A stretch of 57,183 bases of DNA from Bryobacterales bacterium (GCA_003166475.1 PMVV01000438.1:1-57183); one strand, 5' to 3'; positions 33,441-42,724 are shown, numbered from the stretch's first letter. The notes: generated from the letters alone by a model not told the origin. Made by a program: numbers and translations.

Positions 33441-33971
33441 ATGATAGACCGGGATCAAATCGTCAGCCAAATTCGCGCCGCCGCGGAGGACGTCTTTGCG
33501 ACCATGTTGGGCACCCAACTTTGTTTCGCGGAGTCTCACGGGGATAAAGGCTCCGCCGAGCCCATGGACGGCGTGATCTGCCTGATCGGAATGGCCGGCG
33601 CGTGGACCGGCACCGGCACCCTATCCTGCTCGCCCGAGTTCGCCTGCCGGATCGCCTCCCAGATGCTGATGGCCGAATACGCGGTGGTGGACGCCGACGT
33701 CCTGGACGCGGTGGCGGAGGTCGCCAACATGGTGCTGGGCAATGTGAAGACGGCGCTCGAGAAGTCCCTCGGAACCATGGGAATGAGCATCCCGACGGCC
33801 ATTTATGGCAAGAACTTCCTAGCCAAGAGCTTCGGCGACGAAACCTGGACCGTAGTGGTGTTCGACTGCGAGGGACAGCGGCTGGAGGTCAAGTTGTTCC
33901 TGAAGCGGGCTCCCGCGGCGCCGGTACAGGGGCCGGGAAGGCTCTGCACGCCGGTCTATCTGCGGGCCTGA
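33441..33971 (+). CDS. cheX: CheX-like chemotaxis phosphatase (CheC/CheX/FliY family)
   Basis: AAEDVFATMLG...ICLIGMAG...EVANMVLGNVKT pattern. Confidence 0.75.
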   Translation: MIDRDQIVSQIRAAAEDVFATMLGTQLCFAESHGDKGSAEPMDGVICLIGMAGAWTGTGTLSCSPEFACRIASQMLMAEYAVVDADVLDAVAEVANMVLGNVKTALEKSLGTMGMSIPTAIYGKNFLAKSFGDETWTVVVFDCEGQRLEVKLFLKRAPAAPVQGPGRLCTPVYLRA

Positions 33972-34081
33972 CCCGAGGGAGGCGCGCCCGGCCCGGCCCG
34001 GCGGACGGCGATGGCCCCCACGCTGCGCGGACCGGCGGACAGCCGGCCATTCAAGAGCCTATGGGCCGTTCAGCAGGCCGT

Positions 34082-34870
34082 TCACCGGCGCCCCCCCGCA
34101 TCCGGTTCCGGGCCCATGCCGCGCTCGTTGAGAATCACGATATCCACGCGGCGGTTATGCGCGCGTCCCTGTTCGCTATCGTTGGATTCGACCGGCGCCG
34201 TGTCGGCGTAACCGGCCACCGCCAGGCGCTCGGGCGGGATGTCGAAGCGGGCCGACAGCAACTCCAGCATGGCGATACTGCGCGCGGCCGAGAGTTCCCA
34301 GTTGTTGCGGAAGCGGGAGTTGTGAATGGGCACGGAATCGGTGTGCCCCTCCAGCCGCACCTGGCTGGGCAACAGGGCGATGGCCCGCGCGATTTTTTCG
34401 ATGCTGGAATACGTCCCCGGATACACGGCGTCGCCGCCGGAGGCGAAGAAACCGGCCTCGCGCAAGCTGATCACCAGTCCGCGCCGGTCCATGGCGATCT
34501 GGATCTGGCCCCCTTCGATCTCCAACTTCAGGGCGGCGCGCAAGGAATTGAGGGAACCGGCCAGATCGGGCGCCGGAGGCGGGTTCTTCCGGACGGTTGG
34601 CTGGGCCCCTCCGGGACCCTTCAGCATGGCGTTGCCCTTGCCCTTTTCGTCCTTCGCGCCCCCCAGAATGGCGGCCATCACCACCTTCACCTGCCCCTCT
34701 TCAAGCGCCTTTTTGACCGACGCCGAGACGCGCACGGCATTGCCGTGATCCGCTTGGGCCGAGGCGAACATCACCACGAAAAAAGCGAACAGCAAGGTGA
34801 TGAAATCCGCATAGGAAACCAGCCAGCGCTCGTGGTTGGCGTGTTGCTCGGCTTTTCGGCGGCGGCGCAT
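34082..34870 (-). CDS. motB: Flagellar stator protein MotB (OmpA-like C-terminus)
   Basis: WLVSYADFITLLFAFFVVMF with the conserved Asp, and an OmpA-like C-terminus GHTD...N..LS..RA. Confidence 0.9.
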   Translation of the reverse strand: MRRRRKAEQHANHERWLVSYADFITLLFAFFVVMFASAQADHGNAVRVSASVKKALEEGQVKVVMAAILGGAKDEKGKGNAMLKGPGGAQPTVRKNPPPAPDLAGSLNSLRAALKLEIEGGQIQIAMDRRGLVISLREAGFFASGGDAVYPGTYSSIEKIARAIALLPSQVRLEGHTDSVPIHNSRFRNNWELSAARSIAMLELLSARFDIPPERLAVAGYADTAPVESNDSEQGRAHNRRVDIVILNERGMGPEPDAGGRR

Positions 34871-34881
34871 GCGATCCGGCT

Positions 34882-35766
34882 TCAGTCCCCCGCGGCGGCT
34901 TCGGCGGGCTGGCCGGCGGTGCCCGCCTCCGGGTTTTTCCCGGGCGCCTTGCGGGGGGCCCGCGGGGGCGCATAGGCCTCCAGCTTGATCCGGATCAGCT
35001 TGGGATTCAAGCCTTCCGCGATTCCCAGCACGCCTTCGAGCATCAACTCGCGCAACTCGATGGCGGCCTGCATGCGGAAGCGGAGCTTGCTGCCGGCCGG
35101 AAGAAAGAATAAGTTCGCCGAGGCCACGCCGTAGACCGTGGCCACAAAGGCCACCGCGATTCCCTTGCCCACTTCGTCGATATTAGCCAGGTGCTTCATC
35201 ACCTGCATCAGCCCCAGCACCGCGCCGATGATCCCGATGGTGGGAGCGTATCCGCCGGCCGCTTCATAGACCTTGGCTTCGGCTTCCCCGCGATGCTCTT
35301 CCAAGGCGAGATCCAGCTCCATCATGCGGCGCAGCTCCTGCAGGTCGGTCCCATCCACCGCCAGGTTCAAAGCCTTGCGCAGAAAGGGGTCTTCAATGGA
35401 CTCGGTATCTTCCTCCAGCGAGACGATGCCGTTCTTGCGGGCTTTGGTGGCGTAGCCGATGATCTGCTCGACGACGGCTTCGGGCGCGTGGGTGGCCTCG
35501 AAAAAAACCGTGAGCAGCTTGCCGGCGGCGCTGCGCAGAATACCCATCGGGGTGGTCACCATGACCGCCCCCAGGGTGCCTCCCAGAACGATGATGGCGG
35601 CGGTCAACTGCGCGACATCCTTGACTTTGCCGTCTTCGAGCACCAGCCCTCCCAGGATGCCGGCCAGCGCCAGGGCCAGGCCGCCCATGGTCGCCAGGTC
35701 CGGCCGGCGCCCGGGCTTTTTCCCCTGGGAATCAGGAGCCGGCGCGGTTGTCTCGGTCTGTGCCAT
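34882..35766 (-). CDS. motA: Flagellar stator protein MotA
   Basis: ATG 35766 follows a GGAG site (the ORF track begins at TTG 35790). It has four TM segments and the sequence APTIGIIGAVLGLMQ...VATVYGVASANLFFLP. Confidence 0.9.
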   Translation of the reverse strand: MAQTETTAPAPDSQGKKPGRRPDLATMGGLALALAGILGGLVLEDGKVKDVAQLTAAIIVLGGTLGAVMVTTPMGILRSAAGKLLTVFFEATHAPEAVVEQIIGYATKARKNGIVSLEEDTESIEDPFLRKALNLAVDGTDLQELRRMMELDLALEEHRGEAEAKVYEAAGGYAPTIGIIGAVLGLMQVMKHLANIDEVGKGIAVAFVATVYGVASANLFFLPAGSKLRFRMQAAIELRELMLEGVLGIAEGLNPKLIRIKLEAYAPPRAPRKAPGKNPEAGTAGQPAEAAAGD

Positions 35767-36031
35767 GTTCGATTCGATCTCCACCGGCAACCACGGCCGC
35801 GTCCCCCGAGGCGCCCCGCCCTCCCGGGATGGACGGGCCCAGGAGCGCGCCGCTATAGATGGCCCGGCGGAACTCCACCACCCGCCGGACTACCTCTTCG
35901 GCCGATTCCAGCACCACCAGCTTCTGCCCGGTGGTCAGACTGATCACCGTATCGGGGGTGGCCTCGATCCATTCGATGAGGTCCGCGTTGAGCACCAGCG
36001 GCAGATGGTTGAGGCGCGTGAGGTGAATCAT
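35732..36031 (-). CDS. flbD: Flagellar protein FlbD
   Basis: MIHLTRLNHLPLVLNADLIEWIEATPDTVISLTTGQKLVV is the FlbD signature. The C-terminal tail overlaps the motA start. Confidence 0.85.
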   Translation of the reverse strand: MIHLTRLNHLPLVLNADLIEWIEATPDTVISLTTGQKLVVLESAEEVVRRVVEFRRAIYSGALLGPSIPGGRGASGDAAVVAGGDRIEHGTDRDNRAGS

Positions 36032-36037
36032 GCGCCC

Positions 36038-37015
36038 TCAATCCTCATCGGCCGCGCCCGCCGCAACCGGCCCGGTTTCGAGCAGAAAGCCGCGCTTCCG
36101 GCCGCTGGAGACGACCCGGCCGCAAAACCGCAGCTTGCCGTTGAGCAGACCGTCCAGCGGCCGGCTCACGGGATAGTCGAGGATCAGCACGTCGCCTTCG
36201 GTCAGGCGCAGCAGATCCCGCGCCAGCAAGCGGGGGCCGCTCAGGCGCACGTCCAGGGCCAGCCGCGAGGGCCGGATGCGGGCCAGCATGGCCGCCTGTT
36301 CGGCCTCGGTCGACTGGGTGCGGCGCATGGACCACTGCTGGTCGAACTTCTGCCGCATCATCTTGGCGATGATGGACGGGACCGCGATGTTCATCATCCC
36401 CACGTTGTCCCCGATGCGGATTTCAATGCCCACCGCCACCACCGCTTCGGTGGGCGCCAGCACGCGCAGGAATTGAGGTTCGGTCTCGACCGTATGGATG
36501 GTGAACTCGATCGGGGCGACCGCTTGCCAGGCTTCCTTGAGATCGTTCAGAATGATGCGGAAAAGGCTGTCGAGCAGTTTCTGCTCGATCTCGGTGATCT
36601 CCCGCCGCAAAGCCGATGTGGACTTGCCATCGCCTCCCAACAGCACTTCCAGGATGGGGAAGACCAGCGCCGGGCTGAGCTCCAGCAGTCCGTAGCCGTC
36701 GTAGGGCCGCAGCCCCAGCGAGAGCATGCACGTGGGCGACGGCAGCCCGTTCAGAAACTCCTCGCAGGAGAGTTGCTCGACGCTGACCAGGTTTACCAGC
36801 AGGTAGGTGCGCAAATAGGCCGAGAGGCTGGAGACCAGATTGTGGACGAAGGTCTCATGCAGTTGGTGAATGGCCCGTAATTGGGATTTGGCGATGCGAT
36901 CCGGGCGGCGGAAGTCGAAAGGCACTACCTTCCTGCCAGGGGACTCCTGCGCCTGGCCACCGGCTGCATTATTGAACAGTGCGTCGATTTCCCGCTGCGA
37001 TAAGGTGCGATTCAC
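36038..37015 (-). CDS. fliM: Flagellar motor switch protein FliM
   Basis: The N-terminal CheY-P binding peptide LSQREIDALF is present, then FDFRRPDR and a C-terminal SpoA-like domain. The start codon is GTG. Confidence 0.9.
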   Translation of the reverse strand: MNRTLSQREIDALFNNAAGGQAQESPGRKVVPFDFRRPDRIAKSQLRAIHQLHETFVHNLVSSLSAYLRTYLLVNLVSVEQLSCEEFLNGLPSPTCMLSLGLRPYDGYGLLELSPALVFPILEVLLGGDGKSTSALRREITEIEQKLLDSLFRIILNDLKEAWQAVAPIEFTIHTVETEPQFLRVLAPTEAVVAVGIEIRIGDNVGMMNIAVPSIIAKMMRQKFDQQWSMRRTQSTEAEQAAMLARIRPSRLALDVRLSGPRLLARDLLRLTEGDVLILDYPVSRPLDGLLNGKLRFCGRVVSSGRKRGFLLETGPVAAGAADED

Positions 37016-37035
37016 GCTAGGCCGTCCCGTATAGT

Positions 37036-37062
37036 CTATCGGCAGGCGGGGCTCGGGCTTTA
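37036..37062 (-). promoter_or_regulatory. Sigma-28 promoter of fliM-flbD-motAB (TAAA-N15-GCCGATAG)
   Basis: The reverse complement reads TAAAGCCCGAGCCCCGCCTGCCGATAG. It ends 20 nt upstream of GTG 37015. Confidence 0.7.
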
Positions 37063-37074
37063 GAGCGGAGAGCG

Positions 37075-37100
37075 CAAATCCGCCTGCGGGCGGCCGATAA
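37075..37100 (+). promoter_or_regulatory. Sigma-28 promoter of flaG-fliS (CAAA-N14-GCCGATAA)
   Basis: CAAATCCGCCTGCGGGCGGCCGATAA. It lies back-to-back with the fliM promoter. Confidence 0.6.
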
Positions 37101-37138
37101 GATGGTGGGGGAGCAGACGGTTCCCCGGAGCGGTTCTT

Positions 37139-37423
37139 ATGGATGTCGCACCTGTCAGCAGTCCGCAGCAGCTTCTCGCGGCCGTGCCCGGCACCGCCAG
37201 TCCCAATTGGCTGGCGGAAAACCGGGACCTGATCCGCAGCGTCAAGAGCATCGACGCCTCCGCACTATTCGGCGAAGGCAGCGAACTGACCTTCGCCCTG
37301 GATCGGGACACCAAGCGGCCGGTGGTGCGGGTGGTCAACCAGCAGACTGGCGAGATCCTGTGGCAATCGCCGCCGGAGTATATGCTGCGCCTGGCGCAGA
37401 CTATGAGCCGGCCGGGCGGCTAG
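37139..37423 (+). CDS. flaG: FlaG-family protein
   Basis: 94 aa. LTFALDRDTKRPVVRVVNQQTGEILWQSPPEYMLRLAQ is the FlaG signature. Confidence 0.8.
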   Translation: MDVAPVSSPQQLLAAVPGTASPNWLAENRDLIRSVKSIDASALFGEGSELTFALDRDTKRPVVRVVNQQTGEILWQSPPEYMLRLAQTMSRPGG

Positions 37424-37476
37424 CGGGCCGCGCAAGTCCGGGCGCATTTTCCCGATATGGAGGGTGAGGAGATCCG

Positions 37477-37971
37477 ATGCCGCCGCAAGATGCCTATCTG
37501 GAAAGCCAAGTTCTGACCGCCGACCCCATGGAGTTGGTCCGCCTGCTCTATCGCGGCGCCGGCGACGCCGTGCGCAGCGCCGGCGCGCACCTGGCAGCCG
37601 GGCGTATCGCCGAGCGATCCCGCCAAATCTCGAAGGCCCATGCCATTCTCTCGCAGTTGTCCTGCTCGCTCGACCATGCGCGCGGAGGCGCGCTCAGCCG
37701 CAGCCTGGCGGAGTTGTACGACTATATGCAACGCCGCCTGCTGGAGGCCAATCTGCGCCAGACCGCCGAGCCGCTGTCGGAAGTGGAAAGCCTGCTGGCC
37801 ACCCTGCTGGAAGGCTGGGATCAGATCCGCACCGCGCCCGAGCATGCCGCTCCCCAGGGCAACCCGCGCCGGCCGGCGGGCGCGGACCCGTCCCCCGCCT
37901 ACGGCGGGTATCCCGCGGTCTTCGCGCCGGGCGCTTCGGCCGAGTATCGCTCGCAGAGTTGGAGTTTGTAG
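37477..37971 (+). CDS. fliS: Flagellin-specific chaperone FliS (with a C-terminal extension)
   Basis: YLESQVLTADPMELVRLLY...AELYDYMQRRLLEANL...LLEGW pattern. Confidence 0.85.
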   Translation: MPPQDAYLESQVLTADPMELVRLLYRGAGDAVRSAGAHLAAGRIAERSRQISKAHAILSQLSCSLDHARGGALSRSLAELYDYMQRRLLEANLRQTAEPLSEVESLLATLLEGWDQIRTAPEHAAPQGNPRRPAGADPSPAYGGYPAVFAPGASAEYRSQSWSL

Positions 37972-38025
37972 GACCGCCGGGCGCCGGGGCGATCCCCCGG
38001 GGCGGGCCCCCACCGCCTGCGGGAT

Positions 38026-38319
38026 CTAGCGGGCGCGCGCCGACAGGCTGGAGACGATCTGAGCGCCCAAGCCCAAGCCCCCGTTTTGCGCCAGAGCCTG
38101 CGCAAATTGCTCCTCGGCCAGGCCGGCCTGGGTGGCGCTCCCGGCGTCCTCTGCGCTTCCCAGCCAGCCGTCCTCGTCGCCGCGGGCCTCCTTGAGCAGT
38201 TGCTCGATCATGAGGGCTTCGAACTGCTTGGCCGCTTCCGCCAGAGTTTGCGGCGGACGCGCGGCGGGCGGTTCCACCGCCCCCACCGCCGCGGTTCCCA
38301 GGGTCGCCGGCGCGCTCAT
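38026..38319 (-). CDS. Rod-binding protein (FlgJ N-terminal domain only)
   Basis: 97 aa. AAKQFEALMIEQLLKEAR is the rod-binding motif, and there is no muramidase domain. Confidence 0.75.
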   Translation of the reverse strand: MSAPATLGTAAVGAVEPPAARPPQTLAEAAKQFEALMIEQLLKEARGDEDGWLGSAEDAGSATQAGLAEEQFAQALAQNGGLGLGAQIVSSLSARAR

Positions 38320-39425
38320 CAGATCACCTCCAACTCGGCTTCCAGCGCGCCGGCCGCGCGCAGGCTCTGCAGGATGGCAATCACGTCCCGCGGCGTCGAG
38401 CCGATGGCCGCCAGCGCACGCACCAACTCCTCCACCGTGGCGCCGCGCTGGAGCACCAGGTTGCGGGCAGGCTCCTCTTTGGCGTCCACGGCTGCCTTGC
38501 CCCCCGCGGCGGCCGCGGCGGCCCCGGCCGGCGGAGCCGGCGGCAAGATATCCAGACTGGTCTGGATCTCGACGGTCAGATTGCCGTGCAGGATGGCCAC
38601 GGGAGAAATGTGTACGTCGCGGCCCGTGACGATGGTGCCGGTGCGCTCGTTCACCACCACGCGGGCCGGCTGGTCCGCATCCACGGTGAGCATCTCCATC
38701 TCCGCGATGAAATCGATGGGGCGGGCGGCGTAAGACGGGGGAACCAGCACGCTCACCAGGGCCGAGTTTTCGGCCCGCGCCGGCAAGGCTCCCGCCGCGC
38801 CGTATTTGGCGTTGAGCGCCGCGGCAATGCGGGAGGCCGTGGTAAAATCCGCATACCGGAGTTGCAGATGCAGGACTCCCTTGAGCGCCAGCGCCGGCGC
38901 GGGGCGCTCCACGATGGCGCCGCCGGGCACGCGGCCCACCGTGGGATGATTCACGGTCCGGCTGCCGCCGGCGCGGCCCGCCGCGAATCCGCCGGTAACC
39001 ACGCCGCCCTGGGCTACGGCATAAACCTGGCCGTCGGCGGCTTTCAGGGGCGTGAGGATCAGCAGGCCGCCCTGCAAATTAGCGGCGTCCCCGATGGCCG
39101 CCGCCACGGCGTCCAGGCGGGTGCCCGGCTGCGCGAAAGGCGGCAGCGTGGCGGTGATCATGACGGCCGCGGTGTTTTTCACGATGAGCGTGGCTCCGGG
39201 AACCGAGACGCCCATGCGCTCCAGCAGATTGGCCAGGCTTTGCGGCGAGAACAAGGTCATCTGCCGGTCCCCGGTCCCGGCCAGTCCCACCACCAGCCCG
39301 TAGCCGATGAGCTGGTTGTCGCGCACGCCTTCGATGCCCGCCAGATCCTTCAAGCGCGTGGCGCCCGGCGCGGGGGCCGCCAGCGCCGCCGCCATACAGA
39401 AACCTATCCAACCTATCGATCGCAT
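38319..39425 (-). CDS. flgI: Flagellar P-ring protein
   Basis: It has a signal peptide, then RLKDLAGIEGVRDNQLIGYGLVVGL and the C-terminus LRAAGALEAELEVI. Confidence 0.95.
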   Translation of the reverse strand: MRSIGWIGFCMAAALAAPAPGATRLKDLAGIEGVRDNQLIGYGLVVGLAGTGDRQMTLFSPQSLANLLERMGVSVPGATLIVKNTAAVMITATLPPFAQPGTRLDAVAAAIGDAANLQGGLLILTPLKAADGQVYAVAQGGVVTGGFAAGRAGGSRTVNHPTVGRVPGGAIVERPAPALALKGVLHLQLRYADFTTASRIAAALNAKYGAAGALPARAENSALVSVLVPPSYAARPIDFIAEMEMLTVDADQPARVVVNERTGTIVTGRDVHISPVAILHGNLTVEIQTSLDILPPAPPAGAAAAAAGGKAAVDAKEEPARNLVLQRGATVEELVRALAAIGSTPRDVIAILQSLRAAGALEAELEVI

Positions 39426-39438
39426 GGTCCCTCCAACT

Positions 39439-40146
39439 CTAGAACGGAAGCAGTCCCATCAGCAGCCGGTACAGGATGAAGGGACGCTTGATGGCGTCCC
39501 CCACCACACCCTTGCCATTGACGGAGACCTCCAGTTGCGCGATCAGGTACGACTGGACCACGTTGTTCGGACCCAGATCCGCCGGCCGCACCACGCCGCG
39601 CACGGTGATGATTTGCTGTTCGGAACTGACGCGGATCTCCTTGACTCCTTCCACTACCAGATAACCGTTGGGCAGCACGTGCACCACGCGCGTGCCCAGC
39701 GTGGTGGAGATCACCGTGGTGCGGCCGATGGTGCCGGCTCCCTTCAACTCCTGGTCGCCGGTAGTGCCCAGCAGGTTGGCCAGCGCGCCGGTGGCCTTGG
39801 TCAGCCCGCCCAGAGCCGTGATGGAGGCCGAGGCGCTCGAAGTGCGCGAAGTTTGCACATTGCCGGTGCTCACCGCGGAGGCATTCTCCGCCACCAGCAC
39901 GGTGACCGCGTCGTTCACCCGGCTGGCCCGCAGGTCGCGCGCCAGGTCGTTGAACAGGGCCGCCGACGACCACAGTGAGCCGGGCGAAGCGTCGTTGTTG
40001 GCGCGCGCCGCCGCGGTGGCCTCCGCTACGTAACGTTCCAGCGCGGATGCCTGCGGCGGCGCCGGGGCCTTCTTTTTGGCTGCCGCCCAGGCGGGGACCG
40101 GCGCCGCGGCCAGAGCCAGCAGCGCCAGCAGCGGTCCCGGTTTCAT
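39439..40146 (-). CDS. flgH: Flagellar L-ring protein
   Basis: SLWSS...LFNDLRA...VNDAVTVLV...NVVQSYLIAQLEV pattern. I see no lipobox cysteine after the signal peptide. Confidence 0.9.
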   Translation of the reverse strand: MKPGPLLALLALAAAPVPAWAAAKKKAPAPPQASALERYVAEATAAARANNDASPGSLWSSAALFNDLARDLRASRVNDAVTVLVAENASAVSTGNVQTSRTSSASASITALGGLTKATGALANLLGTTGDQELKGAGTIGRTTVISTTLGTRVVHVLPNGYLVVEGVKEIRVSSEQQIITVRGVVRPADLGPNNVVQSYLIAQLEVSVNGKGVVGDAIKRPFILYRLLMGLLPF

Positions 40147-41051
40147 CGGTTGCCTCCCTCGTCCGGGGCTATTTCTCCCTGGTCCGCCGCCACCATCACG
40201 CGTCCGCGGTCCGCGACCGTGGCGCGCAGGATCGTGCCATTGGCGGGATTGCGCACCCCGACGACCTCGCCCCGCTTTCCGGACGACTGCGCCTCCCCTT
40301 CCAGCAGCACCCGCGCCCGGCCGCTCCGGATTTCAACCCTCACGCGCTGGCCGCGCACCACCTCGGCCGGGGAATCCAGCCACTCGGCCTCGATGGCCGC
40401 GCCCGCCGCAATCGGCCGCCGCGGCACCCGGCCCACGACTTGGGACAGGTCCGGCAGCCCGGGCGGCCCTGCATAGGGTTCCTCGCGCAGTTGGGCGCGC
40501 TCGATGGGCCGGCCCGGCGCCAGCGCCTCGGCGGCGATGGCGCGCTTTCCCGAAACCTCGATGCGCGCCTTGGCCCAAACCGGAAAATCGTCCCGGCCGG
40601 GCGCCGATACCACGCCGCGCCAGAGCGGCGCGGACCCGCCGGCCCGCTCCGCAGGCGGCGCGGAGAGCGGAAAGCGCAATTCGCCGGGCGGGATGGGTTG
40701 ACGGCTGAAGTCCAGCACCTCGATGCGCGCCGCCGGCATGGCTGCGCGCAGGGCGGCCGCCACGCGCTCGCCGGTGAGCGTCTCCACGGGCCGCACGAAA
40801 CAGGCTTCGAGGCCCGCTTCTACGGACAGTCCGTAGCGCCGCGCCAGGCGCGCCAACTCCGCCGCGCCGTAAGTGCGGCGCGCCCCCGCGGCGGCGGCCG
40901 AACCCAAATCCAACTCCGGCGCGATCCCCGCGAAGGCCGGCGCCGCGCGGGCCATGTCGCCCGCCCGGATGCGCTCGCCCAAAACCGGCAGGCATTGTGC
41001 GGCCGCCGCGGCCAGCGCGGCAAGTACCAGGAAGAGCATCCGCCGGATCAT
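40143..41051 (-). CDS. flgA: Flagellar P-ring assembly chaperone FlgA
   Basis: It has a signal peptide. The C-terminal SAF/ChapFlgA region is VVRGQRVRVEIRSGRARVLLEGEAQSSGKRGEVVGVRNPANG. Confidence 0.8.
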   Translation of the reverse strand: MIRRMLFLVLAALAAAAAQCLPVLGERIRAGDMARAAPAFAGIAPELDLGSAAAAGARRTYGAAELARLARRYGLSVEAGLEACFVRPVETLTGERVAAALRAAMPAARIEVLDFSRQPIPPGELRFPLSAPPAERAGGSAPLWRGVVSAPGRDDFPVWAKARIEVSGKRAIAAEALAPGRPIERAQLREEPYAGPPGLPDLSQVVGRVPRRPIAAGAAIEAEWLDSPAEVVRGQRVRVEIRSGRARVLLEGEAQSSGKRGEVVGVRNPANGTILRATVADRGRVMVAADQGEIAPDEGGNR

Positions 41052-41842
41052 TGCTGCACCAGGCCGTTGGCCTCCTGGTACATCTCGTTGGCGGCCGTGA
41101 CCACTTTGGAATTGGCTTCGTAGGCCCGCTGGGCGACGATCAGGTTGACCATTTCCTGGACCACGCTGACGTTGGACTGTTCGGTATATCCCTGCAGCAA
41201 CGCGCCCATGCCCTGGGCCCCGCCGGGTGTGCCCGTGGTCGCCGCGCCGGAAGCTTCCGTGGGCGTGTACAGATTGCCGCCGATGGTGCTCAAGCCCGCC
41301 GGATTCTGGAAATTGGCAAGCTGGATCTGGCCGGCCACCTGCGCCGTGGTCTGGTTCGGCTGGGTGTAGCTCACCGTGCCGTCGCCGGCAATGGTGATGG
41401 ATTGGGCATCCGACGGAATGGTGATCTGGGGCTGCAAGGGATTGCCGCTGGCGGTCACCACATTGCCATTCTGGTCGAGCTGAAACTCCCCGTCGCGGGT
41501 GTAGGCCAACTGTCCGTTGGGCTGCAGCACTTGAAAGAAGCCGGGCCCTTGGAGGGCCACATCCAGCGGGTTGCCGGTCTCCGAGGCGCTGCCCGGCGTG
41601 AAGATAATCTCGTTGCCCGAAGGCCGCGTGCCGAGCCCCAGTTGCAGTCCGGCGGGAACCACGGTCTGCTGGCTGGCGGAAGCCCCCGGCTGCAGCAGGT
41701 TCTGGTAGAGCAGGTCCTGAAATTGAACCCGCCGCGCCTTGTATCCGTTGGTGTTGGCGTTGGCCAGGTTGTTGGCGATGTTGTCTACGTTCATCTGTTG
41801 CGCCGTCATCCCGCTGGCGGCGCTGAAAAGCGCTCGCATCAT
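41048..41842 (-). CDS. flgG: Flagellar distal rod protein FlgG
   Basis: MMRALFSAASGMTAQQMNVDNIANNLANANTNGYK and the C-terminus EQSNVSVVQEMVNLIVAQRAYEANSKVV are characteristic. Confidence 0.95.
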   Translation of the reverse strand: MMRALFSAASGMTAQQMNVDNIANNLANANTNGYKARRVQFQDLLYQNLLQPGASASQQTVVPAGLQLGLGTRPSGNEIIFTPGSASETGNPLDVALQGPGFFQVLQPNGQLAYTRDGEFQLDQNGNVVTASGNPLQPQITIPSDAQSITIAGDGTVSYTQPNQTTAQVAGQIQLANFQNPAGLSTIGGNLYTPTEASGAATTGTPGGAQGMGALLQGYTEQSNVSVVQEMVNLIVAQRAYEANSKVVTAANEMYQEANGLVQQ

Positions 41843-41865
41843 AATTGCTCCTTCCCCTGGGGCTC

Positions 41866-42597
41866 TTACGAAGCCACCCGGGCTACCTCTTCGACGGCCT
41901 CGCGATTCATCTGTGAACCCAGCGTGGCGGCCTTCTGCAGCATTTCAAACTGGCGCATGACCGCCACCAGGCGCACGGCCGATTCCGCGGCGCCGACATT
42001 GGAACTCTCCAGTTTGCCCTGCTCGACTACGGCTCCGGATGCCGGCTGGGACGCCGCCGCGCTGCGAAAATAGCTGGCCCCTTGCTTGACCAGCGAACCG
42101 GTATCGGAGAAGTCCGCTATCTCGAGCTGGCCCAGGACTTGGCCGCTCTGGCTCACCGTGCCGTCGGGCGCCACCTGCAGATCGCCGGACGTTTGGATGG
42201 CCAGGTTCGCGCCGGATACCGTCCGCACCGCGTATCCCTCGGTGGTGACCAGCGCTCCGCCGGGGGACACCCGAAAACTCCCATTGCGTGTGAAGAGGCT
42301 TCCGGAAGGCCCGTCCACGGCGAAGAAGCCACTGCCGGAAAGCGCCAGATCCGAGGGGCTGCCGGTCGCGCGCAGCGTGCCTTGGGAGAAATCGGTCCAG
42401 GGACGCTCGACCACCGGGAGCGTGGCCGCCGATCCGTCCTGCGGGCCGGCGGCTTCGGCGGACACATAAAGGTTATAGAACTCGCGGTCGGTCTTGTAGC
42501 CGCCGGTTTCCGTGTTGGCCAGATTGTTGGCCAGCATGTCCAGAGACTCCATGCGGGCCCGCATACCGCCGGCCGCCGAGATCGTTAGGGTATCCAT
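41866..42597 (-). CDS. flgF: Flagellar proximal rod protein FlgF
   Basis: ATG 42597 lies within ORF 41866..43548. It has the N-terminus MLANNLANTETGGYKTD and the C-terminus LESSNVGAAESAVRLVAVMRQFE. Confidence 0.9.
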   Translation of the reverse strand: MDTLTISAAGGMRARMESLDMLANNLANTETGGYKTDREFYNLYVSAEAAGPQDGSAATLPVVERPWTDFSQGTLRATGSPSDLALSGSGFFAVDGPSGSLFTRNGSFRVSPGGALVTTEGYAVRTVSGANLAIQTSGDLQVAPDGTVSQSGQVLGQLEIADFSDTGSLVKQGASYFRSAAASQPASGAVVEQGKLESSNVGAAESAVRLVAVMRQFEMLQKAATLGSQMNREAVEEVARVAS

Positions 42598-42620
42598 GGC
42601 ACGTTCCCAGCGGAGTCTGG

Positions 42621-42636
42621 TGCAAGCGGGGAGCCG
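42621..42636 (-). promoter_or_regulatory. Candidate sigma-54 promoter of the flgF operon (cGGCTC-N5-TTGCA)
   Basis: The reverse complement reads CGGCTCCCCGCTTGCA. The -12 element is perfect. It ends 23 nt upstream of the flgF ATG. Confidence 0.45.
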
Positions 42637-42706
42637 AAGGGTGGGCGCACAAAAGGAAAGGTTTGTGGTCCAGCGCCGGGACAAGTTCCCGGCGGAAACG
42701 GCCCCA

Positions 42707-42724
42707 CCGCCAAGATCTTGGCGG
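42707..42724. promoter_or_regulatory. Perfect 18-bp palindrome CCGCCAAGATCTTGGCGG
   Basis: It lies in the divergent flgF/fliK intergenic region. The arms are identical to those of the inverted repeat at 32748-32785. Confidence 0.6.
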
